A stretch of 64,000 nt of DNA from an uncultured Comamonadaceae bacterium (GTDB lineage: Bacteria; Pseudomonadota; Gammaproteobacteria; Burkholderiales; Burkholderiaceae_C): assembly GCA_963933825.1 (NCBI GenBank), contig CAWVVY010000001.1, positions 78,797 to 142,796 of the forward strand, written 5' to 3'. The notes beneath the pieces are model-generated. The model was not told the DNA's origin and ran no database searches. It saw nothing but the letters and a program-made list of their open reading frames with translations. Shown here one piece after another: positions 42,066 through 52,744 of this stretch. Both the position numbers and the translations under genes were made by a program. The stretch's first letter is position 1, and every line of letters begins with the position of its first letter.

Positions 42066-43487
42066 TTACGCGAGGCCGCGCACGTCAACAAAATGGCCGT
42101 GGACGGCGGCGGCGGCGGCCATGGCGGGGCTGACCAAATGGGTACGTCCTTGTGCGCCTTGGCGGCCCTCAAAGTTGCGGTTGCTTGTGGAGGCGCAGCG
42201 TTCGCCGGGCTCTAAGCGGTCGGCGTTCATGGCCAAGCACATGGAGCAACCTGGCTCTCGCCATTCAAAACCCGCGGCCTTGAAAATATGATGCAGGCCT
42301 TCTTGTTCGGCTTGGACTTTTACCAAGCCAGAGCCAGGCACAACCATGGCAACAATGACGTTGCTGGCGACGCGTTTGCCCAGCTTTTTGACCACGGCGG
42401 CGGCTGCGCGCATGTCCTCAATGCGGCTGTTGGTGCACGAGCCAATAAAAACCTTGTCTACAAAAATATCTGTAATGGCCTTACCGGGCGACAAGCCCAT
42501 GTAGGTGAGTGCGCGTTCTGTGGCATCGCGCTGGCTGGGATCTTTGATGGTGTCAGGATCTGGCACAAAGCCATCAATACCTGTGACCATTTCAGGCGAT
42601 GTACCCCAAGTGACTTGCGGCACGATGTGGGCTGCTTGCAGCACCACAGTGTGGTCAAACTTGGCATCGGCATCTGAGTGCAAGCCTCGCCAGTAAACCG
42701 TTGCTTGATCCCACTCGGCACCGGTTGGCGCAAAAGGGCGGCCCTTGACGTAGGCTATGGTTTTGTCATCTACCGCCACCAAGCCTGCGCGCGCGCCGGC
42801 TTCAATGGCCATGTTGCACACCGTCATACGGCCTTCCATGGACAACTCTTGGATGGTCTGTCCGCCAAACTCAATTGTGTAGCCCGTGCCGCCAGCGGTG
42901 CCAATTCGACCAATGATGGCCAGCACCACATCTTTAGCCGTACAGCCCACAGGCAACTTACCGTCCACGCGCACCAGCATGTTGTTGGCTTTCTTAGCGA
43001 GCAGCGTTTGGGTGGCCATGACATGCTCAACCTCGCTGGTGCCAATGCCGTGCGCCAACGCGCCAAAAGCCCCGTGGGTAGAGGTGTGTGAGTCGCCACA
43101 CACCACGGTCATACCCGGTAAGGTTGCGCCTTGCTCTGGGCCCATCACGTGAACAATGCCCTGTTGCTTGCTCAAAAATGGAAAATAGGCCGCCGCACCA
43201 AATGCGGCAATGTTGCTGTCTAGCGTGACGATTTGTTCTCTTGATACCGGGTCTGTAATGCCATCGTAGCCCTGCTCCCAACCTTGGGTCGGCGTGTTGT
43301 GGTCGGCAGTGGCCACAATTGAAGAGGCGCGCCACAGCTTGCGCCCAGCCTGGCGCAGGCCTTCAAAAGCCTGGGGGCTGGTGACCTCATGTACCAAATG
43401 CCGGTCTATATATAGAACGGCGGTACCGTCTTCTTCGGAATGGACGACGTGTTCGTCCCAAATTTTGTCGTAAAGCGTACGTGCCAT
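42066..43487 (-). CDS. leuC: 3-isopropylmalate dehydratase large subunit
   Basis: [13 protein letters not shown] start and aconitase-family Cys motifs (VCGDSHT, GSCTNSR). Confidence 0.95.
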   Translation of the reverse strand: MARTLYDKIWDEHVVHSEEDGTAVLYIDRHLVHEVTSPQAFEGLRQAGRKLWRASSIVATADHNTPTQGWEQGYDGITDPVSREQIVTLDSNIAAFGAAAYFPFLSKQQGIVHVMGPEQGATLPGMTVVCGDSHTSTHGAFGALAHGIGTSEVEHVMATQTLLAKKANNMLVRVDGKLPVGCTAKDVVLAIIGRIGTAGGTGYTIEFGGQTIQELSMEGRMTVCNMAIEAGARAGLVAVDDKTIAYVKGRPFAPTGAEWDQATVYWRGLHSDADAKFDHTVVLQAAHIVPQVTWGTSPEMVTGIDGFVPDPDTIKDPSQRDATERALTYMGLSPGKAITDIFVDKVFIGSCTNSRIEDMRAAAAVVKKLGKRVASNVIVAMVVPGSGLVKVQAEQEGLHHIFKAAGFEWREPGCSMCLAMNADRLEPGERCASTSNRNFEGRQGAQGRTHLVSPAMAAAAAVHGHFVDVRGLA

Positions 43488-43688
43488 GGTGTGAGTCCTG
43501 TGCGTTGCGGGCCAGCGTCTACTAGTGTGCAATCCGTTATTTTATGTCGTTGTAAAAATGATGGCTCATGCACACTTTTAAATGTGACTTGTCTTGCCGT
43601 TGGTAAGTCCGCTTGCATCCATCTATTTGTAAATAATTTAACGCAGCTGTGGAATTGTTAAATATCAGGTGCTAGAATACGAGGCTTA

Positions 43689-43765
43689 GCGGCTGTAGCT
43701 CAGTTGGATAGAGTACTTGGCTACGAACCAAGGGGTCGTGGGTTCGAATCCTGCCAGCCGCACCA
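43689..43765 (+). tRNA. tRNA-Arg (anticodon ACG)
   Basis: Hand-folded cloverleaf: acceptor GCGGCTG/CAGCCGC, anticodon stem CTTGG/CCAAG with loop CT-ACG-AA, TTCGAAT T-loop, encoded CCA. Confidence 0.9.
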
Positions 43766-43786
43766 ACTCATTAGAGTTCAAAAGAA

Positions 43787-43815
43787 GGGTCACAAAGCAA
43801 TTTGTGACCCTTTTT
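43787..43815 (+). terminator. Rho-independent terminator after tRNA-Arg
   Basis: GGGTCACAAA-gcaa-TTTGTGACCC followed by TTTTT. Confidence 0.85.
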
Positions 43816-43873
43816 GCGTTGCATCTTCAGTGTCCAACTGAGATGTCTGCAGCATCAGCCTGTAAGGACCAGT

Positions 43874-44452
43874 ATGTCAGACGAAGATTCACTCGCCTTC
43901 GACCCAGATAACCTAGATGAAGATGAGGATGAGCTGTCGCATGGCGGCGCTGGCATGCAAGCTGGCGAGCCTACCGCGCCACCTAAAAACTACATCACCC
44001 CAGTTGGCGAAGCACGCCTGCGCGCTGAGCTGATGCAGCTGATTGACGTCGAGCGCCCAGTGGTGGTTGACGCGGTGCATTGGGCAGCCAAAAACGGTGA
44101 CCGATCAGAAAATGGAGACTACATTTACGGCAAAAAGCGCCTGCGCGAAATCGACAGGCGTTTGCGGTTTTTAACCAAGCGCTTGACGGTAGCCGAGGTG
44201 GTGGATACGACGCGCAACCAAGGCGTTGAGCAAGTGTTTTTTGGGGCGCATGTCACGTACAGCCAACCCGACGGCGAGCAGGTTCATGTGCACATAGTTG
44301 GGGTGGATGAAGTGCAGCACGACCAAGGGCAAATCAGTTGGGTCTCACCTGTCGCCACAGCCCTGTTACGTGCCCATGTTGGCGACGAGGTGCGGGTCCA
44401 CACACCCACAGGGGTGCAAGTGCTGCTGGTTGAGAATGTGCAGTACGGCTAA
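43874..44452 (+). CDS. greB: Transcription elongation factor GreB (acidic N-terminal extension)
   Basis: Starting from MSDEDSLAFDP. Gre coiled-coil (ITPVGEARLRAEL...) plus the C-terminal FKBP-like domain (ISWVSPVATALL). Confidence 0.85.
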   Translation: MSDEDSLAFDPDNLDEDEDELSHGGAGMQAGEPTAPPKNYITPVGEARLRAELMQLIDVERPVVVDAVHWAAKNGDRSENGDYIYGKKRLREIDRRLRFLTKRLTVAEVVDTTRNQGVEQVFFGAHVTYSQPDGEQVHVHIVGVDEVQHDQGQISWVSPVATALLRAHVGDEVRVHTPTGVQVLLVENVQYG

Positions 44453-44784
44453 GCCAGTTGCACCCATTGGTTTCTAAAAGCCACATAAACGAACACACCC
44501 AAGACAATGCTGAGCAGGGCTTGCTTGCGCCATAACTGGGCGACAACCACTGTGAAGCCTGCGGCCAATTCGGGCCAAGGTCCATCCGCGTGTGACTGGG
44601 CGTTGCTCGCCAATGTGTGCGCTGTGAGCAAGACCATGATGGCCAGCGGTAAAAAACGACCCAAGCGCAATACCAATGTGTGTTGTTGTAGCCATTTTGC
44701 AGCCAAAAACGGCGCAGCCCTCAGGCCAAACGTTACCAATCCCATGATGGCGATGGCACTGATGACGTAGCCCCAGTCGTTCAT
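44449..44784 (-). CDS. azlD: Branched-chain amino acid exporter small subunit AzlD
   Basis: Small 4-TM protein. Its ATG overlaps the azlC stop (ATGA). The tracked ORF extends upstream into azlC. Confidence 0.75.
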   Translation of the reverse strand: MNDWGYVISAIAIMGLVTFGLRAAPFLAAKWLQQHTLVLRLGRFLPLAIMVLLTAHTLASNAQSHADGPWPELAAGFTVVVAQLWRKQALLSIVLGVFVYVAFRNQWVQLA

Positions 44785-45515
44785 AGGATGTCCTTGCTGG
44801 TAGGTAAGTGGGCAAGTGTTTGAGAAGCTTTGGGCAAACGTTGCAGCCACAAGCCCACGGCTACCGACAACGCTATGGCAACCAACAGCGCCTGTTGCGG
44901 CACCAGCCACAAGGCCAGCGCATAGGAGACCAGAGCTGTCCACAGTGCGTGGCTATTGCTGCTTGAGCGCCACTGCTCAACTGCGAGTACGGCAAACAAA
45001 GCACCCAGCGCAAAGTCCAAACCAATTAATTGAACCTGAGCACGTGCGCCAATAAGCGCGCCTACAGCTGAGCCCGCGACCCACCATGCTTGGTTCAGCG
45101 CGGTAATAGCCAACATGTGCTGGGTGGAGGTGTGGGCGGGTAGGGTGGTGAGTACCGAATAGGTCTCGTCAGTGAGTCCGAACACCACATAAGCCTTGGC
45201 CGACCAGCGCTTGGGCAGCCGGTCCAGTAACGACAGGCCATAAAACACGTGGCGCAAGTTGATGACAGCAGTGGCGACCGCAATGGTGGCCAGGGGCAGT
45301 CCCGCAGCCAGCATGGGGACCATCATGAATTGCGACGCGCCTGCATACACCACCACACTAGACGCGATGGCCAGCCACCAAGGCCCGCCAGCTTGCACAA
45401 ACAAAAAGCCAAACACCATGCCCAGCGGGATATAGCCCATGGCTACAGGCAGTGACAGCAGCCAAGGGGTACGTGGCAAGGGGGCGTCATCGCCTACCAA
45501 GGAGGGCTTAGTCAT
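44781..45515 (-). CDS. azlC: AzlC family branched-chain amino acid exporter subunit
   Basis: Starting from MTKPSLVGDD. Multi-TM product with AzlC-like motifs (GASQFMMV). The longer 45920 ORF overlaps the spoT 3' end. Confidence 0.78.
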   Translation of the reverse strand: MTKPSLVGDDAPLPRTPWLLSLPVAMGYIPLGMVFGFLFVQAGGPWWLAIASSVVVYAGASQFMMVPMLAAGLPLATIAVATAVINLRHVFYGLSLLDRLPKRWSAKAYVVFGLTDETYSVLTTLPAHTSTQHMLAITALNQAWWVAGSAVGALIGARAQVQLIGLDFALGALFAVLAVEQWRSSSNSHALWTALVSYALALWLVPQQALLVAIALSVAVGLWLQRLPKASQTLAHLPTSKDIL

Positions 45516-45543
45516 GCGGCAGTTGTCGGACTTAAGCAAGCAA

Positions 45544-47805
45544 CTAGGACAAGGGCTTAGGCTTGACGCGTTGTGCGCGTAGCACGTGTGGCGTGCGCTT
45601 GGCGGTGCGCAACACGTCTGCCAAGTGGCGGCGGTGGCGCACCGCAACAGTAAATCGCAACTCAACCTGTGTGCGGTCAGAGCCCATCTCCACGTGGGTG
45701 ATGTCGGCCTCAGCACTGGTAAGCGCACCGGCAACGCGCGCCAATATGCCTTTGCTATTGTCAACAGTGACCAAAACTTTAGACTCAAATGCCCGGGTGG
45801 GCTCGTCTGCCCACTCGACTTGTAAGAAGCGCTCTTTGTCGCGCTGTAGCAGTCGCTTACCGGTTGGGCATTCATCGGTATGAACGGCCAAGCCTTCCCC
45901 ACGGCCCAAGTAGCCGACAATTTTGTCGCCTGGGATGGGGCTGCAGCATTGGGCGTACTGGACAGTTGCGCCTTCGCTGCCGTCTAAAGTCAATACACCT
46001 TGGCTGACAGTCTCGTTGGTGGGTTGAGAAAACCGCTCATTGGTGATGAGCAGCATGTCTGGACGTGAGCCCAGTTCGATCAGCAAGGCAGTGGTTTTTT
46101 TAGCCACCATACTCGCGATGCGTCTGCCCAATCCGATATCTGCCATCAGGTCGTCGCGTGTTTTGTTACCCGTAAAGCGCAATACTTTTTCCCACAGTTT
46201 GGTGTAGGTCTCTGTATCTTCTGGCAATTGCGCGATGCCCTCGGCACGCAAGGCTTGTCGCAGCATGCGCTCACCCAACACGCGCGACTGGTCCTCTTCC
46301 ATTTGTTTCAAATGGTTGCGAATCTTTGACCGTGCACGCCCGGTTTGCACAAAGCTCAGCCACGCTGGGTTAGGCTGGGACATGCTGGCTGTTTCGATTT
46401 CAATGACATCGCCGTTTTGCAGCTCTGAGCGCAGCGGCGCTGGCTCGCCGTTTACGGTAGCAGCTACGGCGTGTTGCCCCACGTCGCTGTGAATGGCAAA
46501 CGCAAAGTCCACCAATGTGGCGCCTTTGGGCATAGACAAAATTTTGCCTTTGGGTGTGAACACATACACAGAGTCTGGGAACAAGTCAATTTTGATATGG
46601 TCCCAAAACTCGGCTGCATCTCGGGTTTCTTGTTGGATGTCTAACAGCGACTGCACCCACTGTGCACCTAGTTTTTGGCTGTGTTCACTGGTGGGGTCGT
46701 CTGCCTTGTACAGCCAGTGCGCGGCCACGCCAGACTCGGCCACCACATCCATGTCTGTGGTGCGAAACTGAATTTCAATGTTGATGCCTGCAGGCCCCAC
46801 CAGTGTGGTGTGCAGTGACTGGTAGCCGTTGAGTTTTGGAATGGCAATGTAGTCTTTAAAACGCCCTGGTACTGGTTTGTACAGCTGGTGTAACAAACCC
46901 AACGAGGTGTAGCAGTCAGCCAACTTGGGCAGTATCACGCGAAAGCCGTATAAGTCACTCACTTGAGAAAAGGTGAGGCGTTTCTCAGTCATTTTTTCGT
47001 AAATGGAGTACAGCGTTTTTTCTCGTCCCTGCACATCGGCGTACAGGTTGTGATTGGCCAAACCATTTAAAACCTCGTCCTTAACGCGCTCAACCAAATT
47101 GTTGCGTCGCCTGCGCGCGCTGGCTACGGCTTTGCTCAGCGTTTGGTAGCGCCAAGGATGTAAGAACCTAAACGACAAGTCTTGCAACTCACGGTAGGTC
47201 ACGTTGAGGCCGAGACGGTGAGCAATGGGGGCGTAAATATCAGCGGTTTCACGTGATATGCGGCCCCATTTATCGCGAGGCATGTCCCCCATGGTGCGCA
47301 TGTTGTGCAGGCGGTCGGCCAGCTTGATGAGTATGACGCGTACATCGCGCGCCATGGCTAGCAGCATTTTTCTAAATGATTCGGCCTGGTTATCTTCGCG
47401 GTTGTCGAACTCTAACCTTTCAAGCTTGGTCAAGCCGTCGACCAGATCGGCCACAGTCACACCAAATCTCTCAGCCATTTCAATTTTGGTAATGCCGCTG
47501 TCTTCCAGCACGTCGTGCATCAAAGCGGCCATCAGCGCTTGGGCATCGAGCTTCCATTCCGCACACAAACCCGCCACAGAGATAGGGTGGGTGATGTAAG
47601 GCGCGCCGCTGTGGCGCATTTGGCCCAGGTGGGCTTCGTCGGCAAATTTATAGGCTTTGCGAATGCCTTCAATATCAGACTCGCTTAAGTAATCGAGTTT
47701 GCTTAAGAGCGCAGCAAAACTGGCCGCTGCTGCGCTGTGCGCGGCTGACCCCGGCCCCTGTTTGGACACTGCGCTAACGGCACTGGCTTTTTCAATTCGA
47801 CCCAT
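45544..47805 (-). CDS. spoT: Bifunctional (p)ppGpp synthetase/hydrolase
   Basis: HD domain (HPISVA...HDVLED), RelA/SpoT synthetase domain, and TGS and ACT C-terminal domains. Follows rpoZ. Start chosen by eye; 47847 is also possible. Confidence 0.92.
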   Translation of the reverse strand: MGRIEKASAVSAVSKQGPGSAAHSAAAASFAALLSKLDYLSESDIEGIRKAYKFADEAHLGQMRHSGAPYITHPISVAGLCAEWKLDAQALMAALMHDVLEDSGITKIEMAERFGVTVADLVDGLTKLERLEFDNREDNQAESFRKMLLAMARDVRVILIKLADRLHNMRTMGDMPRDKWGRISRETADIYAPIAHRLGLNVTYRELQDLSFRFLHPWRYQTLSKAVASARRRRNNLVERVKDEVLNGLANHNLYADVQGREKTLYSIYEKMTEKRLTFSQVSDLYGFRVILPKLADCYTSLGLLHQLYKPVPGRFKDYIAIPKLNGYQSLHTTLVGPAGINIEIQFRTTDMDVVAESGVAAHWLYKADDPTSEHSQKLGAQWVQSLLDIQQETRDAAEFWDHIKIDLFPDSVYVFTPKGKILSMPKGATLVDFAFAIHSDVGQHAVAATVNGEPAPLRSELQNGDVIEIETASMSQPNPAWLSFVQTGRARSKIRNHLKQMEEDQSRVLGERMLRQALRAEGIAQLPEDTETYTKLWEKVLRFTGNKTRDDLMADIGLGRRIASMVAKKTTALLIELGSRPDMLLITNERFSQPTNETVSQGVLTLDGSEGATVQYAQCCSPIPGDKIVGYLGRGEGLAVHTDECPTGKRLLQRDKERFLQVEWADEPTRAFESKVLVTVDNSKGILARVAGALTSAEADITHVEMGSDRTQVELRFTVAVRHRRHLADVLRTAKRTPHVLRAQRVKPKPLS

Positions 47806-47884
47806 ACCCCCTACTGTAGCGCTAAGCGCGACAACTTGAGGGCACATGGGTTACTTTTAGAAAGCCTTGCGTCACAACTGGGCA

Positions 47885-47920
47885 ACAAAAAACACCCGGC
47901 AGTATGACTGAGCGGGTGTT
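47885..47920 (-). terminator. Intrinsic terminator/attenuator-like hairpin between rpoZ and spoT
   Basis: The minus strand reads AACACCCG-N14-CGGGTGTT followed by TTTTgttg. Confidence 0.5.
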
Positions 47921-47966
47921 GGATGGTGCAAGTGGTCATACAAGCCCGTGCCGTTCAAGCGCCAAC

Positions 47967-48170
47967 TTAAATGGGCACTTTACGTAGCATTTCCAAGCCA
48001 ATTTCGCCAGCTGCAATTTCGCGCAAAGCGGTTACGGCTGGTTTGTTTTTACTGTCAACTTTTGGTGCGTGACCTTGGCTCAACATACGAGCGCGGTAAG
48101 TTGCTGCCAAAACAAGTTGGAAGCGGTTGGGGATTTTCTCCAAACAGTCTTCAACGGTAATGCGGGCCAT
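47967..48170 (-). CDS. rpoZ: DNA-directed RNA polymerase omega subunit
   Basis: [10 protein letters not shown]... start. 67 aa. Confidence 0.93.
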   Translation of the reverse strand: MARITVEDCLEKIPNRFQLVLAATYRARMLSQGHAPKVDSKNKPAVTALREIAAGEIGLEMLRKVPI

Positions 48171-48225
48171 GGTTGGACTCCAATCCAGACAAATCAAACA
48201 AAAAAACGGTGCGGTTCGTTGAAAG

Positions 48226-48245
48226 TGACACTTAAAGAAGTGTCA
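48226..48245 (-). terminator. 8-bp hairpin just downstream of gmk (weak terminator candidate)
   Basis: tgacactt-aaag-aagtgtca. Only a short U-run follows on the minus strand. Confidence 0.35.
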
Positions 48246-48249
48246 TATT

Positions 48250-48882
48250 TCAGTCGGTCAGACCCAGACCAGCAAAGGTTTCCGCACGCAAGCGGCGCTG
48301 GGCGACAAACTTGAGACGGTGGGCATGGACGATGGCTTTCAGGTCGAACAGCGCACGCTCGAATAGTTCATTGATTATAACGTAGTCAAAGTGTTGGGCT
48401 TGGTCAATTTCAATGCGGGCATTCGCAAGGCGCAGTTCAATCACATCGGTTGAGTCTTCAGCTCGGCGCTCAAGACGGGAGCGCAACTCGTCCCAACTGG
48501 GTGGCAGTATGAATATCAACACCGCGTTGGCATACAGGTCTTTGACTTGCAACGCGCCTTGGTAGTCAATCTCAAGCACCACATCCAAGCCTTTGGCGAT
48601 TTGCTCGTCAATGGCTTTTCGTGAGGTGCCATAGCTGTTGCTGTGCACCAAGGCCCACTCTAAAAACTCGTCTTGACTCACCATGGTCTCAAAAGTGGCG
48701 TCGTCTATAAAATGGTATTCACGCCCAGCTTTTTCTTGCCCACGGGGGGCGCGGGTGGTGTGCGACACGCTTGGGCTTACCCGCGAGTCCAACTCCATCA
48801 GTGCTCTGACTAGGCTGGACTTGCCTGTGCCGCTGGGCGCAGCGACGACAAAGAGGTTACCGGGATAAGTGGTGGTGGTCAT
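48250..48882 (-). CDS. gmk: Guanylate kinase
   Basis: Starting from [33 protein letters not shown] motif. Confidence 0.92.
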   Translation of the reverse strand: MTTTTYPGNLFVVAAPSGTGKSSLVRALMELDSRVSPSVSHTTRAPRGQEKAGREYHFIDDATFETMVSQDEFLEWALVHSNSYGTSRKAIDEQIAKGLDVVLEIDYQGALQVKDLYANAVLIFILPPSWDELRSRLERRAEDSTDVIELRLANARIEIDQAQHFDYVIINELFERALFDLKAIVHAHRLKFVAQRRLRAETFAGLGLTD

Positions 48883-48889
48883 GGTGGAA

Positions 48890-49789
48890 TTATTCAATGT
48901 TTTGCACTTGTTCGCGCATTTGCTCAATCAGTACCTTCATGTCTACTGAAATGCGGGTCAGCGTCAGGCTAGAGGACTTGGAGCCCAAGGTGTTGGCTTC
49001 GCGGTGTAGCTCTTGAATGAGAAAGTCCAAACGTTTGCCCAATTCGCCACCTGTGGCCATCAGCCTATCAATCTCGTCGAGATGCGCGTCTAAGCGGTTG
49101 ATTTCTTCGGCCACATCTATGCGAATGGCAAAGGCAGTGGCTTCGCTTAAAGCCCTGTCACGCGCGGCTTGTAGGCTAGATTCATCTGCGCTCGCATGGG
49201 CGTCGCCCAAAGCGGCTTGCCACCGGTCTAAAAACTTTTGGCGCTGCAGCTCAACCAATTCAGGCACCAGTGGGGTGGCCTGTTTGACCAAAGCCCTCAA
49301 CTCGCCAGTTCTGCCGGTGATCATGACGCTGAGCCGTGAGCCTTCTTGAGCGCGGGCCTCAACCAAGCCGTTCGCCGCGGTTAGCAGCATGCTTTGCACA
49401 CGCTCGGGTAAATCGGCGTTGTTGTGCTCTGTGCCACCTGCCATTTGCATGATGCTGGAGACGCTGAGCGACGCAGCGTTTGGCAGCACCGACTGAATGG
49501 TGTTTTGCGCGTCCAGCAAGCGTTGCAATTCAGCCCGCTCTGGGACACGTGCCACAGTGCTGTGGCTGCGCTCAAGCCAAGCGCGCACCTCAACTTTACC
49601 GCGCTTGAGACGCTTGGTCAGGGCTTCGCGCAGGGCGGGCTCGCTGGCGCGCAGTTCGTCGCTGAGACGAAAGCTTAAATCTAGAAAGCGGCTATTGACC
49701 GAACGAATCTCCATGCCAAGTGCCACAGGACTGGCATCGCTAGGGGGGGATTGGCTGCTTGCGTAGCCTGTCATGCTGTAAACGGTCAT
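48890..49789 (-). CDS. yicC: YicC family stress-induced protein
   Basis: MTGYA... N-terminus and the C-terminal ...[12 protein letters not shown]...[15 protein letters not shown]. Confidence 0.88.
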   Translation of the reverse strand: MTVYSMTGYASSQSPPSDASPVALGMEIRSVNSRFLDLSFRLSDELRASEPALREALTKRLKRGKVEVRAWLERSHSTVARVPERAELQRLLDAQNTIQSVLPNAASLSVSSIMQMAGGTEHNNADLPERVQSMLLTAANGLVEARAQEGSRLSVMITGRTGELRALVKQATPLVPELVELQRQKFLDRWQAALGDAHASADESSLQAARDRALSEATAFAIRIDVAEEINRLDAHLDEIDRLMATGGELGKRLDFLIQELHREANTLGSKSSSLTLTRISVDMKVLIEQMREQVQNIE

Positions 49790-49895
49790 GGCTTGGATGC
49801 GCGGTGGTGAGGCCGCAAATTTGCTAAGCCCTACATTATCGCAGGCCGCCGCCCGTTCAAAGATATGACATGATCACAGGCTACCTAGCAACCCA

Positions 49896-50657
49896 ATGAG
49901 TGTGTTTATGAGCTACCTACGCAATGCCAACCGCGCCGCAGATGCGCTGCGCCCCGTCACTATTACCCGCCAATTTACGGTGCATGCCGAGGGCTCTGTG
50001 CTGATTGAGTTTGGCCAAACCCGCGTGTTGTGCACGGCCTCTGTGGAAGAGCGCGTGCCGCCGCACAAAAAAGGCAGTGGTGAAGGCTGGGTGACCGCCG
50101 AATACGGCATGCTGCCGCGCGCCACCCATACCCGCAGCGCTCGCGAAGCCGCCAAAGGCAAGCAAAGTGGTCGCACACAAGAAATTCAACGTCTGATTGG
50201 TCGCTCGCTGCGCGCGGTGTTTGACTTGAAAGCGCTGGGCGAGCGCACCATCACGCTTGACTGCGATGTGTTGCAAGCCGATGGCGGTACCCGCACTGCC
50301 GCCATCACTGGTGCCTATGTCGCTGCATGCGACGCTGTAGCGTCCCTGTTGGCCAGCGGCGTGCTGACAGTCAGCCCCATTCGCGAACCAATTGCCGCTA
50401 TTTCGGTAGGTATTGTGGACGGTACGCCGCTGCTGGACTTGGAATACACCGAGGACTCAGCCTGCGATACAGACATGAACGTCGTCATGACTGGTGCAGG
50501 CCATTTTGTAGAAGTGCAGGGCACGGCAGAGGGCGCGGCATTTTCACGCGCAGAAATGGGTCTGCTGCTAGACCTCGCTGACAAGGGCATTGCCGAGCTG
50601 GTCACCATGCAACAAGCGGCCTTGGCCGTCCCAGTTGCTGGCGCAGCCAAACAATAG
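49896..50657 (+). CDS. rph: Ribonuclease PH
   Basis: Collinear with E. coli RNase PH ([35 protein letters not shown]). The start may be 49908. Confidence 0.93.
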   Translation: MSVFMSYLRNANRAADALRPVTITRQFTVHAEGSVLIEFGQTRVLCTASVEERVPPHKKGSGEGWVTAEYGMLPRATHTRSAREAAKGKQSGRTQEIQRLIGRSLRAVFDLKALGERTITLDCDVLQADGGTRTAAITGAYVAACDAVASLLASGVLTVSPIREPIAAISVGIVDGTPLLDLEYTEDSACDTDMNVVMTGAGHFVEVQGTAEGAAFSRAEMGLLLDLADKGIAELVTMQQAALAVPVAGAAKQ

Positions 50658-50667
50658 GTCACGTGCC

Positions 50668-51300
50668 ATGAAACTGGTATTGGCTTCTAACAATGCGGGC
50701 AAATTGGCCGAGCTGCAAGCCTTGTTTGCCCCCTTGGGCGTGGAACTGGTGGCGCAAGGTGAGCTGGGTGTGCCAGAGGCCCCTGAGCCACATTGCACGT
50801 TTGTAGAAAACGCTTTGGCCAAAGCGCGCAACGCCGCTTTGCACACTGGGCTTCCTGCTATCGCAGACGATGCGGGCTTGTGTGTGGAAGCATTTGGCGG
50901 GCGGCCAGGCGTGGACACGGCCTACTACGCCACGCTGTTTGGCTATGCCAAAAGCGATGACAACAACGTGGTGGCCCTGTTAGAACAAATGGCAGGCATT
51001 GACGACAGGCGTGCAGCCTTGGTAAGCACGTTGGTCGCTGTGCGCAGCGCCACAGACCCCGAGCCACTCATTGCCGCTGGCCGTGCCGCTGGCCTCATTA
51101 CGCATGAGCCGATTGGTGACAACGGCTTTGGATTCGACCCCGTGATGTGGTTGCCAGAGTTTGAGCAAACCTTTGCCCAGTTGCCAGTTGAGGTTAAAAA
51201 CGCCAACAGCCATAGAGGCAAAGCCAGTCAGATTATGCTTGGCTTGATTCGCCAGCGATGGCTTGAGCCTCAACCAAGCCATCACCCAACCGCTGTCTAA
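50668..51300 (+). CDS. rdgB: Non-canonical purine NTP pyrophosphatase (dITP/XTP)
   Basis: Starting from MKLVLASNNAGKLAEL. FGYDP-like GFGFDP and SHRG motifs. Confidence 0.9.
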   Translation: MKLVLASNNAGKLAELQALFAPLGVELVAQGELGVPEAPEPHCTFVENALAKARNAALHTGLPAIADDAGLCVEAFGGRPGVDTAYYATLFGYAKSDDNNVVALLEQMAGIDDRRAALVSTLVAVRSATDPEPLIAAGRAAGLITHEPIGDNGFGFDPVMWLPEFEQTFAQLPVEVKNANSHRGKASQIMLGLIRQRWLEPQPSHHPTAV

Positions 51301-51326
51301 ACAGCAGCCACACACAGTTCTTACCT

Positions 51327-52565
51327 ATGGTGATTGAGATTCAGAGCAATGGCCAAGTCGGCGTTGCCAGTCCAGACGTGGTGCATATGATGCGCCCGGG
51401 TGTGTTGCAAATGGCAGCGCTGCCGCCATTGGCTTTGTACGTGCACATACCGTGGTGTCTGCGCAAATGCCCTTACTGCGACTTTAACTCCCATGAATGG
51501 GCGGCAGACCAAGCTCAAGCGTTGCCTGAGCGCGCCTATGTGGCAGCCGTGATGGCCGACTTAGAGGCTTCTTTGCCATTGGTGTGGGGACGCACGGTGC
51601 ACAGCATATTTATAGGGGGCGGCACGCCCAGCTTGTTTGCGCCTGAGGTCATTGGCGATTTATTGGGGCAAATTCGCGCCCGTTTAAAGCTCTCTGCTGA
51701 TTGCGAAATCACCATGGAAGCCAACCCAGGCACCTTCGAGCGCGAGCGCTTTAAAGCCTTTAGAGCCGCGGGCGTCACCCGGTTATCGGTGGGCGTACAA
51801 AGCTTCTCCGATGACGCGTTGCAACGCATTGGCCGCGTGCACGATGGCGCGCAGGCATTGGCCGCCGTTACTGAGGCGGTGCAGGCGTTTGACACCTGCA
51901 ACGTTGACATCATGTACGCCTTGCCAGGCCAAACGCTGGCCGAAAGTGCACGTGACATAGACACCGCACTGGGTCTGGGTGTGCCGCATATTTCGTTGTA
52001 CCACCTCACCATAGAACCCAATACCTTGTTTGCCGTTAAGCCGCCAGTGCTCCCAGAAGACGACGACGCCTACGCCATGCTAGACCTCATTACCGAGCGC
52101 ACCACCGCCAACGGCTTTGAGCGTTATGAGGTATCGGCTTACGCCCAAGCCGATCACGGCTGCTGGCACAACACCAATTATTGGCAGTTTGGCGATTACT
52201 TGGGCATTGGCGCTGGTGCGCACAGCAAGCTCACCTTTGCCCACCGCGTCACCCGACAAGTCCGCTTGCGCGATCCGCGCCGCTACATGCAAGCCGCCAT
52301 GCAGGGCAGGGCCTTGTCGTCCAGCACAGACGTGGCACTGGATGAGCTGAGCTTTGAGTTCATGCTCAACGCGCTGCGCTTGCGCAGTGGTTTTGAGCTC
52401 AGCCTGTACACAGAGCGGACAGGCTTGTCGGTGAGCCGCATACAAGCCGCACTAGAGACGGCACAGGCCAAAGGCTTGATCAGCCGAACCGGTAACCACA
52501 TCGCGCCAACCACACTCGGTTTTGACTTCCTGAGCGACTTGCAAAGCTTATTCTTGAGCGCGTAG
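51327..52565 (+). CDS. hemW: Radical SAM heme chaperone HemW (HemN-like)
   Basis: LYVHIPWCLRKCPYCDF radical-SAM CxxxCxxC motif. Start uncertain (an internal Met near 51387 is possible). Confidence 0.85.
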   Translation: MVIEIQSNGQVGVASPDVVHMMRPGVLQMAALPPLALYVHIPWCLRKCPYCDFNSHEWAADQAQALPERAYVAAVMADLEASLPLVWGRTVHSIFIGGGTPSLFAPEVIGDLLGQIRARLKLSADCEITMEANPGTFERERFKAFRAAGVTRLSVGVQSFSDDALQRIGRVHDGAQALAAVTEAVQAFDTCNVDIMYALPGQTLAESARDIDTALGLGVPHISLYHLTIEPNTLFAVKPPVLPEDDDAYAMLDLITERTTANGFERYEVSAYAQADHGCWHNTNYWQFGDYLGIGAGAHSKLTFAHRVTRQVRLRDPRRYMQAAMQGRALSSSTDVALDELSFEFMLNALRLRSGFELSLYTERTGLSVSRIQAALETAQAKGLISRTGNHIAPTTLGFDFLSDLQSLFLSA

Positions 52566-52656
52566 CAAAACATGGCTTTTAGTTGGTTAGAATATTGACT
52601 TGCTTTCACAAAAGCATGGTTGTGCAACACAGCCCTGTTGAAAGCGATAAATCGAC

Positions 52657-52744
52657 GGAAGAGTGGCAGAGTGGTCGATTGCACCGGTCTTGAAAACCGG
52701 CGTCCCGCAAGGGACCGTGAGTTCGAATCTCACCTCTTCCGCCA
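52657..52744 (+). tRNA. tRNA-Ser (anticodon UGA)
   Basis: Acceptor GGAAGAG/CTCTTCC, anticodon arm ACCGG-TC-TTGA-AA-ACCGG region with UGA, long variable arm (cgtcccgcaagggaccg), TTCGAAT T-loop, encoded CCA. 88 nt. Confidence 0.9.

Noticed and set aside
43640-43688. Sigma-70 promoter for tRNA-Arg (TGGAAT-N17-TAGAAT)
   Set aside because: The -10 hexamer is good but the -35 is poor, and I cannot verify it. Too weak to list as a feature.
45516-45920. 135-codon upstream extension of azlC
   Set aside because: It overlaps the spoT 3' end and has non-membrane, Cys/Ser/Arg-rich composition. The AzlC-like sequence begins at MTKPSL.
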